A stretch of 64,000 nucleotides of DNA. Source: Tubiluchus corallicola (Eukaryota > Animalia > Priapulida). The notes beneath the pieces were generated by a model. The model saw only the letters and a list, made by a program, of their open reading frames with translations, made no database searches and was not told where the DNA came from. The DNA lies in the NCBI GenBank assembly GCA_030141605.1, contig JAQGDQ010000322.1:205623-269622 (forward strand), written 5' to 3'. A program made the translations under genes and the position numbers. Below, piece after piece: positions 11,176 through 25,535 of this stretch; position 1 is the stretch's first letter, and the number at the start of each line of letters is the position of its first letter.

Positions 11176-14100
11176 ATGTCTGACAAGTCAGATAGCGAAG
11201 AAGAAGTCTCATATGTAAAAAAGGACAAGGTTATTCATTATGGGAGTCTGGAAGTAAAAGAGAAAGAAAAGAAGAATGAGGGTGAGAAGAATGAAGATCG
11301 CGCAGTCTCAGTTGATGTGGAGGCTGCCATTAAGACGGGACACATCAATTTCTCGGAAGGTATAATTACACTATAACATGTCTTTTTATATACATCTTTC
11401 TTTTCATATGTATATATAAAAGAAAAATATACATATATATATTTAATCAAGAGGGACCACGAACCTTACTGAAAAGAAAGGATACTTTTGGAAAGTTGGT
11501 CTTTATTTTAATATTTTGTGGAGTTAAAAATTTCAGTAATAAAAATGTGCTAGTGTAATTTTTTTAGTAGCAAAATCAATTTAAAGTATCAGTTGTTTCA
11601 CAGCTAGCTACATTCATTTTAAATGAGTAGTGTAGTTATTGTCTGACAAGTATCAAGGCCAGGCTGGCCAGGTGCTTAACCTGCTGTCTATGTGTTTTGC
11701 AGTAATGTGGTTACAGTTTTCAGCTATCTGTAAACAACCTAAAATATTAAACTTGACTTTTGAATTACTGTTTTATGATGAATATGGTGGTCTCGTGTTA
11801 AATTACCGACATACTAAAACAATAATTTCTGCAAAGTTATAAAATAATTAACTTTAATAGCTGAATCTGAACTTTACAAAACTAAGTAATTTACCGCACC
11901 TCCTGAAAAGTGAACATTAAGCTGAGGTCTGATCCCGAACACTATTTTCAAAACTTTGTCCCGCTTTTGCTATGGATTAAGACCATGTGTGTACTAAGAG
12001 TTTTCGCTAGGAGGTTCCGCATCAAGTTACAATTTAAACTTTTACATACCTAAACTTACACTCAAGTTTCTGAAATTTCCAATTAAATTGTTAAGGTTTG
12101 ATGTTAGGTTGAAATGGTGTGAGCGGTTTAGTTTGGTGTTGGGATGTTTGATGATATTTGTTTTGGCTTCATTATAGCGTTGAAAATGACATTTGCTGTC
12201 AAAACGGAGGTCTACACTACTAGACAACATGTAAAACTTTATTTTGGATGACTGTTTCATTATATTTGTTTTTGGAAGGGGAAGTACATAGTTTTCGACT
12301 GAATATCTTGTGTAATGATCATGTTGATTTGAAACCAGCTTTTCAGTCATACTTTAGTCCAGTTTCAAATCAACATGATCATTACACAAGATATTCAGTT
12401 GGAAACTATGTACTCCCCCTTCCAAAAACAAATATAATGAAATGGTCATCAATTCCACGTGAAATGAAAACTCGTAATCTCTATCAATTTAAAAAAGCGT
12501 CAAAGAATTACCTACTACAACGGTATAAATAACCCACAATTTTACTCGTGCTGATCTTAAGTTACTAACAAAACTTATTTTGTTCTAATGTAAATTATAA
12601 CTGATGAAAATACTATGTAATGTTAATTGTCAATTATTCCACTTATCTGGAGGAGGACTCGAAAGCTCAATGCTCCTTCCTCCTCCTCACAGTGACTTAT
12701 TTTTTTTATTTTATTTATTTTTTTTCAATGTTATATAAATTTATATGTATGTTTGAGTTGCTGTGGAATAAATTCATAATTCAATGTTTCGTTGCTTATT
12801 CGTGTGTACAGTGTGTTGCAATACAGAAATTTTAATAGATTTTTGATTGAGTTGTAGCTTTTGCCGAAGTAACTCATGTTATAATATGTGCATTTTAACT
12901 GCTGAACGGTAAAAATGAATGTGAATCCTGTGATTGCTGAAAATTTCAGGGGAGGTGATGGAAATTGAAGAAGAGCCAAAAGAATCGCAGAAAGAGCTTT
13001 TGTTGGAGTTCGAAAAACGAAGGAAGGTAGTGTACACTTTCTCTCTCTCTCTCACACACACATACACACTCTCTCTCTCTCACTCTCTCTCTCTCACTCT
13101 CTCTGTCTCTTTCTCTGTCGCACACACATTCTCTCTCTCACTCTCTCTCTCTCACTCTGTCTCTGTTGCAGATAGTCATAAATATTCTTGCCAGTGTTTC
13201 CTTGCATGGCATGTAAATGGTGAACCACGTAATGGCTACTTAGCTGACGAAATGCGCCGTTCTCGAATATGTACACTTTCTTGTGTAGATATTAATTGTT
13301 TTTTTAGTGCTTATAAGCTTCTCGTCTGGTTATAAGAACCTGGTAAAAATCTTTTACATTTGTTGTTCGTTTAGGCTCGGCAAATAACAGTTCCTACAGA
13401 TGATGTTGAAGTAAAAGCCAAACTGAGGGAGGTCGGACAGCCTATTTGTACGTATGCTTGAAGCCTTAAACCATTTTTTAATTGTATGTTAGATTTGCTT
13501 TTAAAGTTTTTGTGTTCATTTTGAAAATACCTTTCACGGTAATGCTTAAATTCAAGAATCTGTTGCTTTTATTCGTGGATGTTAAGGGAAAGAACGAGTC
13601 ACTCAGTATGTTGGGTTTATTTTACTGTTGTCACTTAAACTGTTTGTGGTGTGCTAGAGGAAAGAACGAGTCACTCAGTATGTTGTGTTTATTTTGCTGT
13701 TATCACTTAAACTGTTTGTGGTGTGCTAGAGGAAAGAACAAATCACTCAGTATGTTGGGTTTATTTTACTGTTATCACTTAAACTGTTTGTGGTGTGCTA
13801 GAGGAAAGAACGAGTCACTCAGTATGTTGTGTTTATTTTGCTGTTATCACTTAAACTGTTTGTGGTGTGCTGAAGGAAAGAACGAGTCACTCGGTGTGTT
13901 GGGTTTATTTTACTGTTATCACTTAAACTGTTTGTGGTGTGCTAGAGGAAAGAACAAGTCACACAGTATGTTGGGTTTATTTTACTGTTATCACTTAAAC
14001 TGTTTGTGGTGTGTTAAAGGAAAGAACATGTTACTCAGTATGTTGGGTTTATTTTACTGTTGTCACTTAAACTGTTTGTGGTGTGCTAGAGGAAAGAACA

Positions 14101-17100
14101 AGTCACACAGTATGTTGGGTTTATTTTACTGTTGTCACTTAAACTGTTTGTGGTGTGTTAAAGGAAAGAACAAGTCACTCAGTATGTTGGGTTTATTTTA
14201 CTGTTGTCACTTAAACTGTTTGTGGTGTGTTAAAGGAAAGAACAAGTCACTCAGCATGTTGGGTTTATTTTACTGTTGTCACTTAAACTGTTTGTGGTGT
14301 GCTAGAGGAAAGAACGAGTCACTCAGTATGTTGTGTTTATTTTACTGTTGTCACTTAAACTGTTTGTGGTGTGCTAGAGGAAAGAACAAGTCACTCAGTA
14401 TGTTGGGTTTATTTTACTGTTGTCACTTAAACTGTTTGTGGTGTGCTAGAGGAAAGAACAAGTCACACAGTATGTTGGGTTTATTTTACTGTTGTCACTT
14501 AAACTGTTTGTGGTGTGCTAGAGGAAAGAACAAGTCTCTCAGTGTGTTGTGTTTATTTTACTGTTGTCACTTAAACTGTTTGTGGTGTGCTAGAGGAAAG
14601 AACAAGTCGCTCAGTATGTTGGGTTTATTTTACTGTTGTCACTTGAACTGTTTGTGGTGTGCTAGAGGAAAGAACAAGTCACTCAGTATGTTGGGTTTAT
14701 TTTACTGTTGTCACTTAAACTGTTTGTGGTGTGCTCGAGGAAAGAACAAACTCAGTATGTTGGGTTTATTTTACTGTTGTCACTTAAACTGTTTGTGGTG
14801 TGTTAAAGGAAAGAACAAGTCACTCAGCATGTTGGGTTTATTTTACTGTTGTCACTTAAACTGTTTGTGGTGTGCTAGAGGAAAGAACGAGTCACTCAGT
14901 ATGTTGTGTTTATTTTACTGTTGTCACTTAAACTGTTTGTGGTGTGCTAGAGGAAAGAACGAGTCACTCAGTATGTTGTGTTTATTTTACTGTTGTCACT
15001 TAAACTGTTTGTGGTGTGCTAGAGGAAAGAACAAGTCACTCAGTATGTTGGGTTTATTTTACTGTTATCACTTAAACTGTTTGTGGTGTGCTAAAGGAAA
15101 GAACAAGTCACTCAGTACGTTGGGCTTATTTTACTGTTATCAGTTAAACTGTTTGTGGTGTGCTAAATGAAAGAACAAGTCACTCAGTATGTTGGGTTTA
15201 TTTTACTGTTATCACTTAAACTGTTTGTGGTGTGCTAGAGGAAAGAACAAGTCACTCAGTATGTTGTGTTTATTTTACTGTTGTCACTTAAACTGTCTGT
15301 GGTGTGCTAGAGGAAAGAACGAGTCACTCAGTATGTTGTGTTTATTTTACTGTTGTCGCTTAAACTGTTTGTGGTGTGCTAGAGGAAAGAACAAGCCACT
15401 CAATGTGTTGTGTTTATTTTACTGTTGTCACTTAAACTGTTTGTGGTGTGTTAAAGGAAAGAACAAGTCACTCAGCATGTTGGGTTTATTTTACTGTTGT
15501 CACTTAAACTGTTTGTGGTGTGTTAAAGGAAAGAACAAGTCACTCAGCATGTTGGGTTTATTTTACTGTTGTCACTTAAACTGTTTGTGGTGTGCTCGAG
15601 GAAAGAACAAACTCAGCATGTTGGGTTTATTTTACTGTTGTCACTTAAACTGTTTGTGGTGTGCTAGAGGAAAGAACGAGTCACTCAGTATGTTGTGTTT
15701 ATTTTACTGTTGTCACTTAAACTGTTTGTGGTGTGCTAGAGGAAAGAACGAGTCACTCAGTATGTTGTGTTTATTTTACTGTTGTCGCTTAAACTGTTTG
15801 TGGTGTGCTAGAGGAAAGAACAAGTGTGTTGTGTTTATTTTACTTTTGTCACTTAAACTGTTTGTGGTGTGTTAAAGGAAAGAACAAGTCACTCAGCATG
15901 TTGGGTTTATTTTACTGTTGTCACTTAAACTGTTTGTGGTGTGTTAAAGGAAAGAACAAGTCACTCAGCATGTTGGGTTTATTTTACTGTTGTCACTTAA
16001 ACTGTTTGTGGTGTGTTAAAGGAAAGAACAAGTCACTCAGCATGTTGGGTTTATTTTACTGTTGTCACTTAAACTGTTTGTGGTGTGCTAGAGGAAAGAA
16101 CAAGTCACTCAGTATGTTGTGTTTATTTTACTGTTATCACTTAAACTGTTTGTGGTGTGCTAAAGGAAAGAACAAGTCATTCAGTATGTTGGGTTTAGTC
16201 TACTGTTATCACTTAGACTGTTTGTGGTGTGCTAGAGGAAAGAACAAGTCACTCAGCATGTTGGGTTTATTTTACTGTTATCACTTAAACTGTTTGTGGT
16301 GTGCTAAAGGAAAGAACAAGTCACTCAGTATGTTGGGTTTATTTTACTGTTATCACTTAAACTGTTTGTGGTGTGCTAAAGGAAAGAACAAGTCACTCAG
16401 TATGTTGGGTTTATTTTACTGTTATCACTTAAACTGTTTGTGGTGTGCTAAAGGAAAGAACAAGTCACTCAGTATGTTGGGTTTATTTTACTGTTATCAC
16501 TTAAACTGTTTGTGGTGTGCTAAAGGAAAGAACAAGTCACTCAGCATGTTGGGTTTATTTTACTGTTATCACTTAAACTGTTTGTGGTGTGCTAAAGGAA
16601 AGAACAAGTCACTCAGCATGTTGGGTTTATTTTACTGTTATCACTTAAACTGTTTGTGGTGTGCTAAAGGAAAGAACAAGTCACTCAGTATGTTGGGCTT
16701 ATTTTACTGTTATCAGTTAAACTGTTTGTGGTGTGCTAAATGAAAGAACAAGTCACTCAGTATGTTGGGTTTATTTTACTGTTATCACTTAAACTGTTTG
16801 TGGTGTGCTAAAGGAAAGAACAAGTCACTCAGCATGTTGGGCTTATTTTACTGTTATCACTTAAATTGTTTGTGGTGTGCTAAAGGAAAGAACAAGTCAC
16901 TCAGTACGTTGGGCTTATTTTACTGTTATCAGTTAAACTGTTTGTGGTGTGCTAAATGAAAGAACAAGTCACTCAGTATGTTGGGTTTATTTTACTGTTA
17001 TCACTTAAACTGTTTGTGGTGTGCTAAAGGAAAGAACAAGTCACTCAGCATGTTGGGCTTATTTTACTGTTATCACTTGAACTGTCTATAAAGCATAGGT

Positions 17101-20100
17101 TTAAAATATACTACTTGTGAATAGAAATTTTCGGGCATGGTGGTTGCCGCCATTCACTTGAAAATCATGACGTAACTGGGAGACTTCGTGACTTTTTATA
17201 AGCGCATCGTGGATTTCCATAAGAAACCATGCTGCTTAAACTAATTCAAACTTCTGCTGCTTAACTAATGTTCACGCAAAGATCTTATATAATTAGCTAT
17301 CTAATTTTTTTGCAAAACTTGTACTTTTGATGGTGATTAACAGTGCGCTACTTTTCTTCAAGTCGAATGACGTCATTGGAAGAAGAGTGGGTATTGAAGT
17401 GATCACGATTTTATTGGTTACACGAGGCGCTTATTGCAGTTTTTTTATTAAATCTTGTTACCATTTTTCGCAAACATAGAAATAAGCCTGACCTCCTAGA
17501 AGGCTTGACTTTTCCTTTAAGCTAACTTAGAAGTAGAAATTTTGAAATGATTCTTCAAGAGTCCGTTTTACATTTTAGTTAACACTTTATGTTATAAACA
17601 GGTTTATTTGGAGAAGGCCCTGGAGACAGAAGAATGAGATTGAGGGAGTTTTTGGTAACGCTCGGGGAAGATGCGATGAAGAAGAGGCGTGCCGAAGAAG
17701 AACAAAGACGGATACAAGAACGAAAAGAAGCTCAAACCACTTGGTACCATGAGGGTTCGGATGCTTTGAAAGAAGCCAGAGTTTGGCTGGCAAGCTATTC
17801 ATTGCCCAGGTAAAAAAGTTCAATTGTTATTCAGGTGTTTTTACATTGCAGTATTATAATCAAGTTGGATAACAATGATAAGTTTAAGCAATATCTTACT
17901 GAAGGTAACGTATAAGCATGACCCTGATACGATACTAGATGTAGTAGTTAGGCAGTTTAGGCTCAAATTTGCCCAATCACTGCTATTCCTGAAATTTTTT
18001 ATGGGATCCGGTCTTTTCCCTGCTCGCGATATTATGGATTTGTGCAAAAATAATTCTTTGCACAGAGTACTTTACAAACTTGCTAGGGTAATAGTTATAA
18101 ATTTTGAATATTGTCATCAAATTTTTTCACGTCGTCAAGTTGTGTGTAATGTATAGGTGATTTATGCTGACATATGCATGAAAGTGCTGTGCAAAAGCTT
18201 TGTGCCTTGATTTATTAAATAATACAGTTGACACCATTTATTAGAATCATTAGTCGTTATTAGTCATCGTTTCATTGACTCAAAAAAACATCCGGTATGG
18301 TACGCTCCTATTCAAATACACATAAAAACTGTCGGAAATTGACTCAAAGAACTCCACTTAATTGACTCACGAAGAAGTTGGCTTACGAAATTCTCATAAT
18401 CATAAAAACGTTGAAAATCTTTTGCTGTATACTGTACATATTCACTCAAAACACGTAGTCACCGAGTGCTTGAGCTGCAGTTGGCGATAACCTTGTTTCT
18501 CCTGTGAAAAGCAGCGAACCGCTGGTCAAGTGATTACATGTTTAGCTTCCAGAAACAATGAGGTTAATTGCAGTGGACAAGCGGGTGACAGATTCAAAGC
18601 AAACCACTGGTCAAGTGATTACATGTTTAGCTTCCAGAAACAATGAGGTTAATTGCAGAGGACAAGTGAGTGACAGATTCAAAGAAAAACCACTGGTCAA
18701 GTGATTAAATGTTTAGCTTCCAGAAACAATGAGGTTAACTGCAGTGGACAAGTGGGTGACAGATTCAAAGAAAAACCACTGGTCAAGTGATTAAATGTTT
18801 AGCTTCCAGAAAGAATGAAGTTAAGTTCAGCGGACAAGCGGGTAGCAGATTCAAAGCAAACCACTGGTCAAGTGATTACATGTTTAGCTTCCAGAAACAA
18901 TGAGGTTAATTGCAGAGGACAAGTGAGTGACAGATTCAAAGAAAAACCACTGGTCAAGTGATTAAATGTTTAGCTTCCAGAAACAATGAGGTTAACTGCA
19001 GTGGACAAGCGCGTGACAGATTCAAAGCAAACCACTGGTCAAGTGATTAAATGTTTAGCTTCCAGAAAGAATGAAGTTAAGTTCAGCGGACAAGCGGGTA
19101 GCAGATTCAAAGCAAAACCACTGGTCAAGTGATTACATGTTTAGCTTCTAGAAAGAATGAGGTTAAGTGCAGTGGACAAGCGGGTGACAGATTCAAAGCA
19201 AAACCACTGGTCAAGTGATTACATGTTTAGCTTCTAGAAAGAATGAGGTTAACTGCAGTGGACAAGCGGGTGACAGATTCAAAGCAAAACCACTGGTCAA
19301 GTGATTAAATGTTTAGCTTCCAGAAAGAATGAGGTTAAGTTCAGCGGACAAGCGGGTGACAGATTCAAAGCAAAACCACTGGTCAAGTGATTACATGTTT
19401 AGCTTCTAGAAAGAATGAGGTTAACTGCAGTGGACAAGCGGGTGACTGATTCAAAGCAAAACCACTGATCAAGTGATTAAATGTTTAGCTTCCAGAAAGA
19501 ATGAGGTTAAGTTCAGCGGACAAGCGGGTGACAGATTCAAAGAAAAACGCCCCTCTGGCATTTGATGAACTTACAAGCAAAGCTATACTTAACATGACTG
19601 TTTCTACGTACATTATACTGCATAAAATCAAAGTAAAGATGACGTAAAAATAGTAAAAGCTCTTTGATCACACACAAGTGTCTATTTTACCTACGTACAG
19701 AAAATTGGGTCAATTACCGGTTGTTTTTATAATATATTTGAATAGGAGCGGCCCGTTCCAGACATTTTTGAGTCAGTTAGGTGATTGATTCCATTAACCG
19801 TGAGTTTAATAAATGGTGTCTACTGTACTATTGTGTCTACTGTACTATTGTGTCTACTGTACTATTGTGTCTACTGTACTATTGTGTCTACTGTACTATT
19901 GTGTCTACTGTACTATTGTGTCTACTGTACTATTGTGTCTACTGTACTATTCTGTCTACTGTACTATTGTGTCTACTGTACTATTGTGTCTACTGTACTA
20001 TTGTGTCTACTGTACTATTGTGTCTACTGTACTATTGTGTCTACTGTACTATTGTGTCTACTGTACTATTGTGTCTACTGTACTATTCTGTCTACTGTAC

Positions 20101-23100
20101 TATTGTGTCTACTGTACTATTGTGTCTACTGTACTATTGTGTCTACAGTATTATTGTGTCTACTGTACTATTGTGTCTACTGTATTATTGTAAGTACTGC
20201 AGCATTTTTTAGTTGAAATTTATACATAGGTATTTGTTTTAGGGCTCGTCAAAGAATAGAGCAAGCTAAACAAAAGCAAGACACGTCAGCGAAGAACGTT
20301 GTGTTACAGGAGTTGTACAAGGGCATGCAGGGAGTTACAAATGTCTGTAGTCAAATTGGCGACGAACGTCCGATATCTTATTGCCAGTTTAGTCCAAGTG
20401 GTAGCATTCTAGCCACTGCTTCATGGTAAGTTCATTCACTTGTAGCCGGTAAAGTGAGATAGTTTTGTTGTCGTAATTTTTTAGCAGGACGATCCAACTG
20501 AACTGCTTATGCATAGATCCTAGAGTCGCGCCATGTCAGCTTGAGCTCCAGCCAGTTTATTTCTAGCTGATAAGAAAACGAGAGTCGCGCCAGCTGCTCC
20601 CATAATGTGAGTCGAACTAACCGAAATTTTTGCCGCTTTTGCGATAATCACGTGACACTGTAAATCACTGGTTGAAATATGGCAAACGCTTCCCAGATTA
20701 TCGGTCAGATTGTGCATGTGCTGGCAGAGATACTAAACTTTGGAAATTTTTGAAGGAGAAAGCTCGTCAATTCAAAGTTAAATACACAAATAGGCAACGT
20801 AAGTCACACATGGGATCATATTGATATTTTGGCATTGATTCGTTGGTAATCAAGATAAGCCTCGCCAAGAGGGGTTTTAATTTATATTTGTAATAAATCT
20901 ATTGCTTTTTGTATAATAATAAAAAATTGATCTCTAATGCATTATTTACATCTGCTTTTTTTTGTGTATAAGCAGTGTGAATAATTTCAAAAATTTGTCT
21001 CCATAATTTAACAGTGAACTGAAAATTTATGCATGTAGATGTCTATAAAATGGGCAACGGCAACATTAGTTTTTGCAGCTGTCTGGCAACCAAAGTGGCA
21101 TCTAGCAGACCTTGTAGTTTTTACACAGACTCTTCTGTGGAACCTTTGCATGTTGTCCAGTTTCCTGCTGGAGCAAAGGTTCAGTCACAGTAAAAATATT
21201 GTTCTTTGTTTTAATAGGTCTGGTCATTGCAAGCTGTGGTCACTACCAGACTGCGAGCTCTTGCGTGTACTGCGCGGACACAACACTCATGTTGGTGCAA
21301 TTGTGTTTCACCCTGAAGCCACTTTATCACTAGATGAGTCTGGTCCTTGTATGGCTTCCTGTGCTGCTGATGGATCTGTGAAGCTGTGGAGTTTGGACAG
21401 GTGAGAACCACACTTACTAGCTTGTGATTACAATGTTTATGGGTGGCTATTGTGTTTATCAAGCTTTTCACTAACTGCAAAAACACATAAAGGAGAAGAA
21501 AAGAGGTACCCGAAGTAGGTTTCAGAAAAATCGCCTTAAATATTATATTTCATTACAGCAACTTTATGCACATGTTGTACTCACATTAAAAGGAATTTTT
21601 GTTTGTTTTCATTTTAAATCTCTCGCAATACTGTTCTGACGGTGCCATTACATGACGTCATGCACCAAACGTAGATCAAGGGAAGAAAAGGCAATGTCAA
21701 ATTTGTCCCAAAAAATTTTCCATGCAAATCTATATTACTTAGCATTTCGCTTACCTGCTGGAAAGACTTATGTAACTAGAAATAATAATTTAAAATGTTC
21801 TTGCCAATTGGTAAAATGTCACTGACTCACCCTCCAGGATGCGCCACTCACTAACTAAAAACGTATTTTTAATCTTATTGGCAAGTAATTAGTAATTAAG
21901 TAAACTTTTACTTAATTACTACCATATGTACTACGAATGCTCTGATTATTTTTTAAAACTTTACACAATGTTATCTAAACTTGTTTCAAATGACTTGTCG
22001 TCAAAATGGCTGTGTCTGACGGTCATCGCGGGAGTTTAAATTTACATGTTTTATACAGCGTTACTGCCGACGCAAGTCCTGCATGCAAAAAGGTAGTATG
22101 TAAGTGCTATAGAATTTAAAGACAAATTTTTTAAACTTTATGTAAGTTGAGCATTTTGTTGTACTTTAAAGGGACGGGAAATGGAAATTAAAGTACATCC
22201 TAAAGTACAAATTAAAGTACTTTCCCTGCACAGTTACATTACTTTGCATCAGTGTTGGGAATTGATCTCATTTCTATGATCAATCATTGATCTTCAATTA
22301 CGATCAGTGATCGACTAATGGTCAATCGTAATAGTTCGTAGAGTTGTGTCAGTATAAAATATTATATTACATCATTAATTGCCTGTTATTTCACTACTGC
22401 TCCGCAATGCGGGAAATCAAGTAAGAATGTCACAAATGGCAAGCACTGTGCGCAGATATCCCATATTGAACCTTGTTGTAAGCAGTACTGCTTCAGCATT
22501 GATCGTCGGCAATTTCTTGTGCTAACTAACTGTTCTATATGTAAGTAATCATGCATATTCATTAAAATATTTTACTAACAACGTTTGTTGCTATCAACAG
22601 TGCAATTAAACGACAGAAATGGACAGCAAAGTGTGCAAAATCTTACAGTTTTTATATTAAGCAATCATCGATTATGTTAATTTATGATCGAGTGCTTAGT
22701 CAAACATCATGGCCAACTCGCTTTGAATAAAATCAATTAATCGGAACAGTACTACTTTGTATTACGCTTACCTGTTTGGAAGACGTGTATTTGGAAAAGA
22801 AAATTCAAATGTTTGTTCCACCTGGTAAAACATCATTGTATTGTCTTCCCAGTGTGCACCACTGATTCACTGATTAACCAAAAAACGCATCATTGATCTT
22901 ACTGATAATGTAAAATAATTTAAACTTTTGCTTAGCTAGCAAAGAGTGCGCTACAAGTGCTGTGATCGTTTTTTCAAACTTTATGCAATGTTATTGTTTA
23001 CTTGTCTTTCTGAGAAGGGTGGTTGACTCGATAACCTTTGGTTTTTCGCCACCCTTTCTTCCATGTTCCTTTGTATTTTTGTGTATTTTATTGTCAAATC

Positions 23101-25502
23101 ATTGTAAATTTATGGAGAAAAATAAAATTACTATTACTATTACTATCTAAACTTGTATCAAAAGATCTACCGTTTAAATGACTGTGCCTACTGTCATTGC
23201 AGGAGTTAAATTTACAAGTTTTGTTCACCATTACAAGCTCTGTATTTAATAAGATGGCATGTAAGTGATATAAAATGTCAAGACGAATTTTTTAAGCCTT
23301 ATTTATGAAGAGTGTTTTCTTGTACTTTAAAAGTTTTAAAACATAAATTTTTATATACCTCAACTCAACATCGGATCCCAGATTTTTGTACTCTGAAATT
23401 TCTTACAAAATTGTTTGGTCTTTCGCTATTGTAAAACCAACTTTAAATGGATTTTAAGAGGAAAAGAGGATCGCACTCTTTCTCCAGGGATGAGAATTTT
23501 CCGCGGGCACGCGGAATTCTGAGTTTTTGGAAGACCAGTATTGCCATTTTTGTAAATCGCGTAAATTCGACGAGAAAATTTTTATGGATCCAGTACATTA
23601 TTTCACAAGCTGACCGCTAGGTGGCAGGATGTCGCTTTGTTTACATCACGTACATCAGTGTAACCACGTGTATATCTCTGTGTATAAAAATATAGAATCA
23701 ATTGTGCAAATATATGAGTCAATTGCAGACAGTTTCTTTATACTTTTGCATAGGAGTGGCCAGTACTTAGGTGTTTGTGAGACAATTAGGTATCATGTAT
23801 CCTTCATAGTTGGGTATTTTAAATTATGCATGAGACAAGGTAATTGATATTTTAAGTCCACTTAGAGGCTCTCTATGGTCACAAAATTGCAATTTGTTGT
23901 TGCCTACGTGTTCCAGAGTTTTTTGAAATTTGTCATTCTCATCCCTGTGTAAGTGATTTAAAATGTCAAGACGAATTTTTTAAGCCTTATTTATGAAGAG
24001 TTTTCTTGTACTAAGCAGTTCTAAAACATAAATTTTTATATACATCAACTCATCATCGGATCCCAGAATTTTGTACTCTGAAAATTGTTTCGTCTTTCGC
24101 AATTGTAAAACCAACTTTAAATGGATTTTAAGAGGAAAAGAGGATCGCACTCTTTTTCTCACCACTAGCTGGCACCACCTGCTCTCCTGTGCACAGCATT
24201 TGCTGCATTTAGGCTGTTTTGTTATGTTTTTATCCATAAACCTGATGATTTAACAAAACATGGATCTTCATCATATAACAATCCAAGACATACTCAGTTT
24301 TTCCAACATTTCGGGTAACTTTTATATTGTTTTCTCTACATTTCTTTTGTTTGCATTTTTCTTGTAAGTCTCTGTACTTTCAGTGAGGAGCCTATAGCCG
24401 ACATAGAGGGCCACGCTCCGTACCGAGTTTCCCGCTTGGCCTACCATCCGTCCGGACGATTTCTCGCAACGTGTTGCTTTGACTTCAGCTGGCGTTTGTG
24501 GGATCTCGATGCCGGAGAGGAAATACTTCACCAAGAGGGTCACAGCAAGCCCGTGTATGATATAGCATTCCAGTGTGATGGTTCTCTAGCGGTCACTGGG
24601 TAAGTGACCACCGTAAAGATGCAAAATGAGTTGAGGGAAGTGCTCTAGTTGTCGCGGTGTGTGCTATGTAATGAAATTGAGTCCCATGGGGGGCTCTATT
24701 TCTATGATAAATGCAGAAAAACTATTCTGTGCAATTTTGTATGTTATTAAAGGAGGATGGTTACTCATTTGTACATAGCTACTAGCTCTGTGAGTTCAGT
24801 ATGTCATGATAGGGAAACATATTTGATGATTGATTGATTGATCGATTGATTGATTAGTTTATTTCAGTTATATACAAATATATACACAAATACACAATGA
24901 AATTTAAACCATAGCACACAATGTTAAAAAAATCTATAACTAGAAAAATCACATAAAATTAGATATTAGTGTAAAAAATTATATACAAAGTAAAAATGAT
25001 CGTTATAAAAGAAGTTATATAATTGAGCTTGATGAAAGCACCTATGATCAGCGCAATAGGAAGTTTTACCTGTATCATATGTCAGATACATTAATAAAAC
25101 CAGTATTAGTGAAATTATCACTGTTCTCCTTCGATTCTTGACCAGATACTATATGCAGGTTTTGCTCTTATTACAGTAAAATATGGAATGCGGTTCATTA
25201 CACATGTATACAAAGTTCTAGTGCATCATTCTTAATGTAAAAATTTTTAATAGCAGTATTTTACGCGGATCTACGTTTATGAATATCGTACAAGTTAAAT
25301 TTCACCCATAGAGTTTATACTGATTCTGCTGTTATTATTTACAAAAGTGGCTAGTGGTTGAGAGAGAGAGAGAGGGGGGAGAGAGAGAGAGAGAAAGAGG
25401 GAGAGAGAGAGAGAGAGAGAGGGGGGCTGGAGGGAGGGAGGCAGAGAGAGAGAGAGAGAGGGGGGAGTGGAAGAGAGAGAGAGAGGGGGGGAGAGGGAGA
25501 GG

Positions 25503-25535
<33 letters not shown>

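Noticed and set aside
13482-16959. Cys-rich repeat protein, zinc-finger or selenoprotein gene
   Set aside because: Pure translation of a 72-bp intronic satellite; TGA codons replace Gly not Cys, there is a frameshift, and there is no ATG/splice context.
19781-20216. Three overlapping Cys/Tyr-rich ORFs
   Set aside because: Artefact of a stop-free 17-bp repeat.
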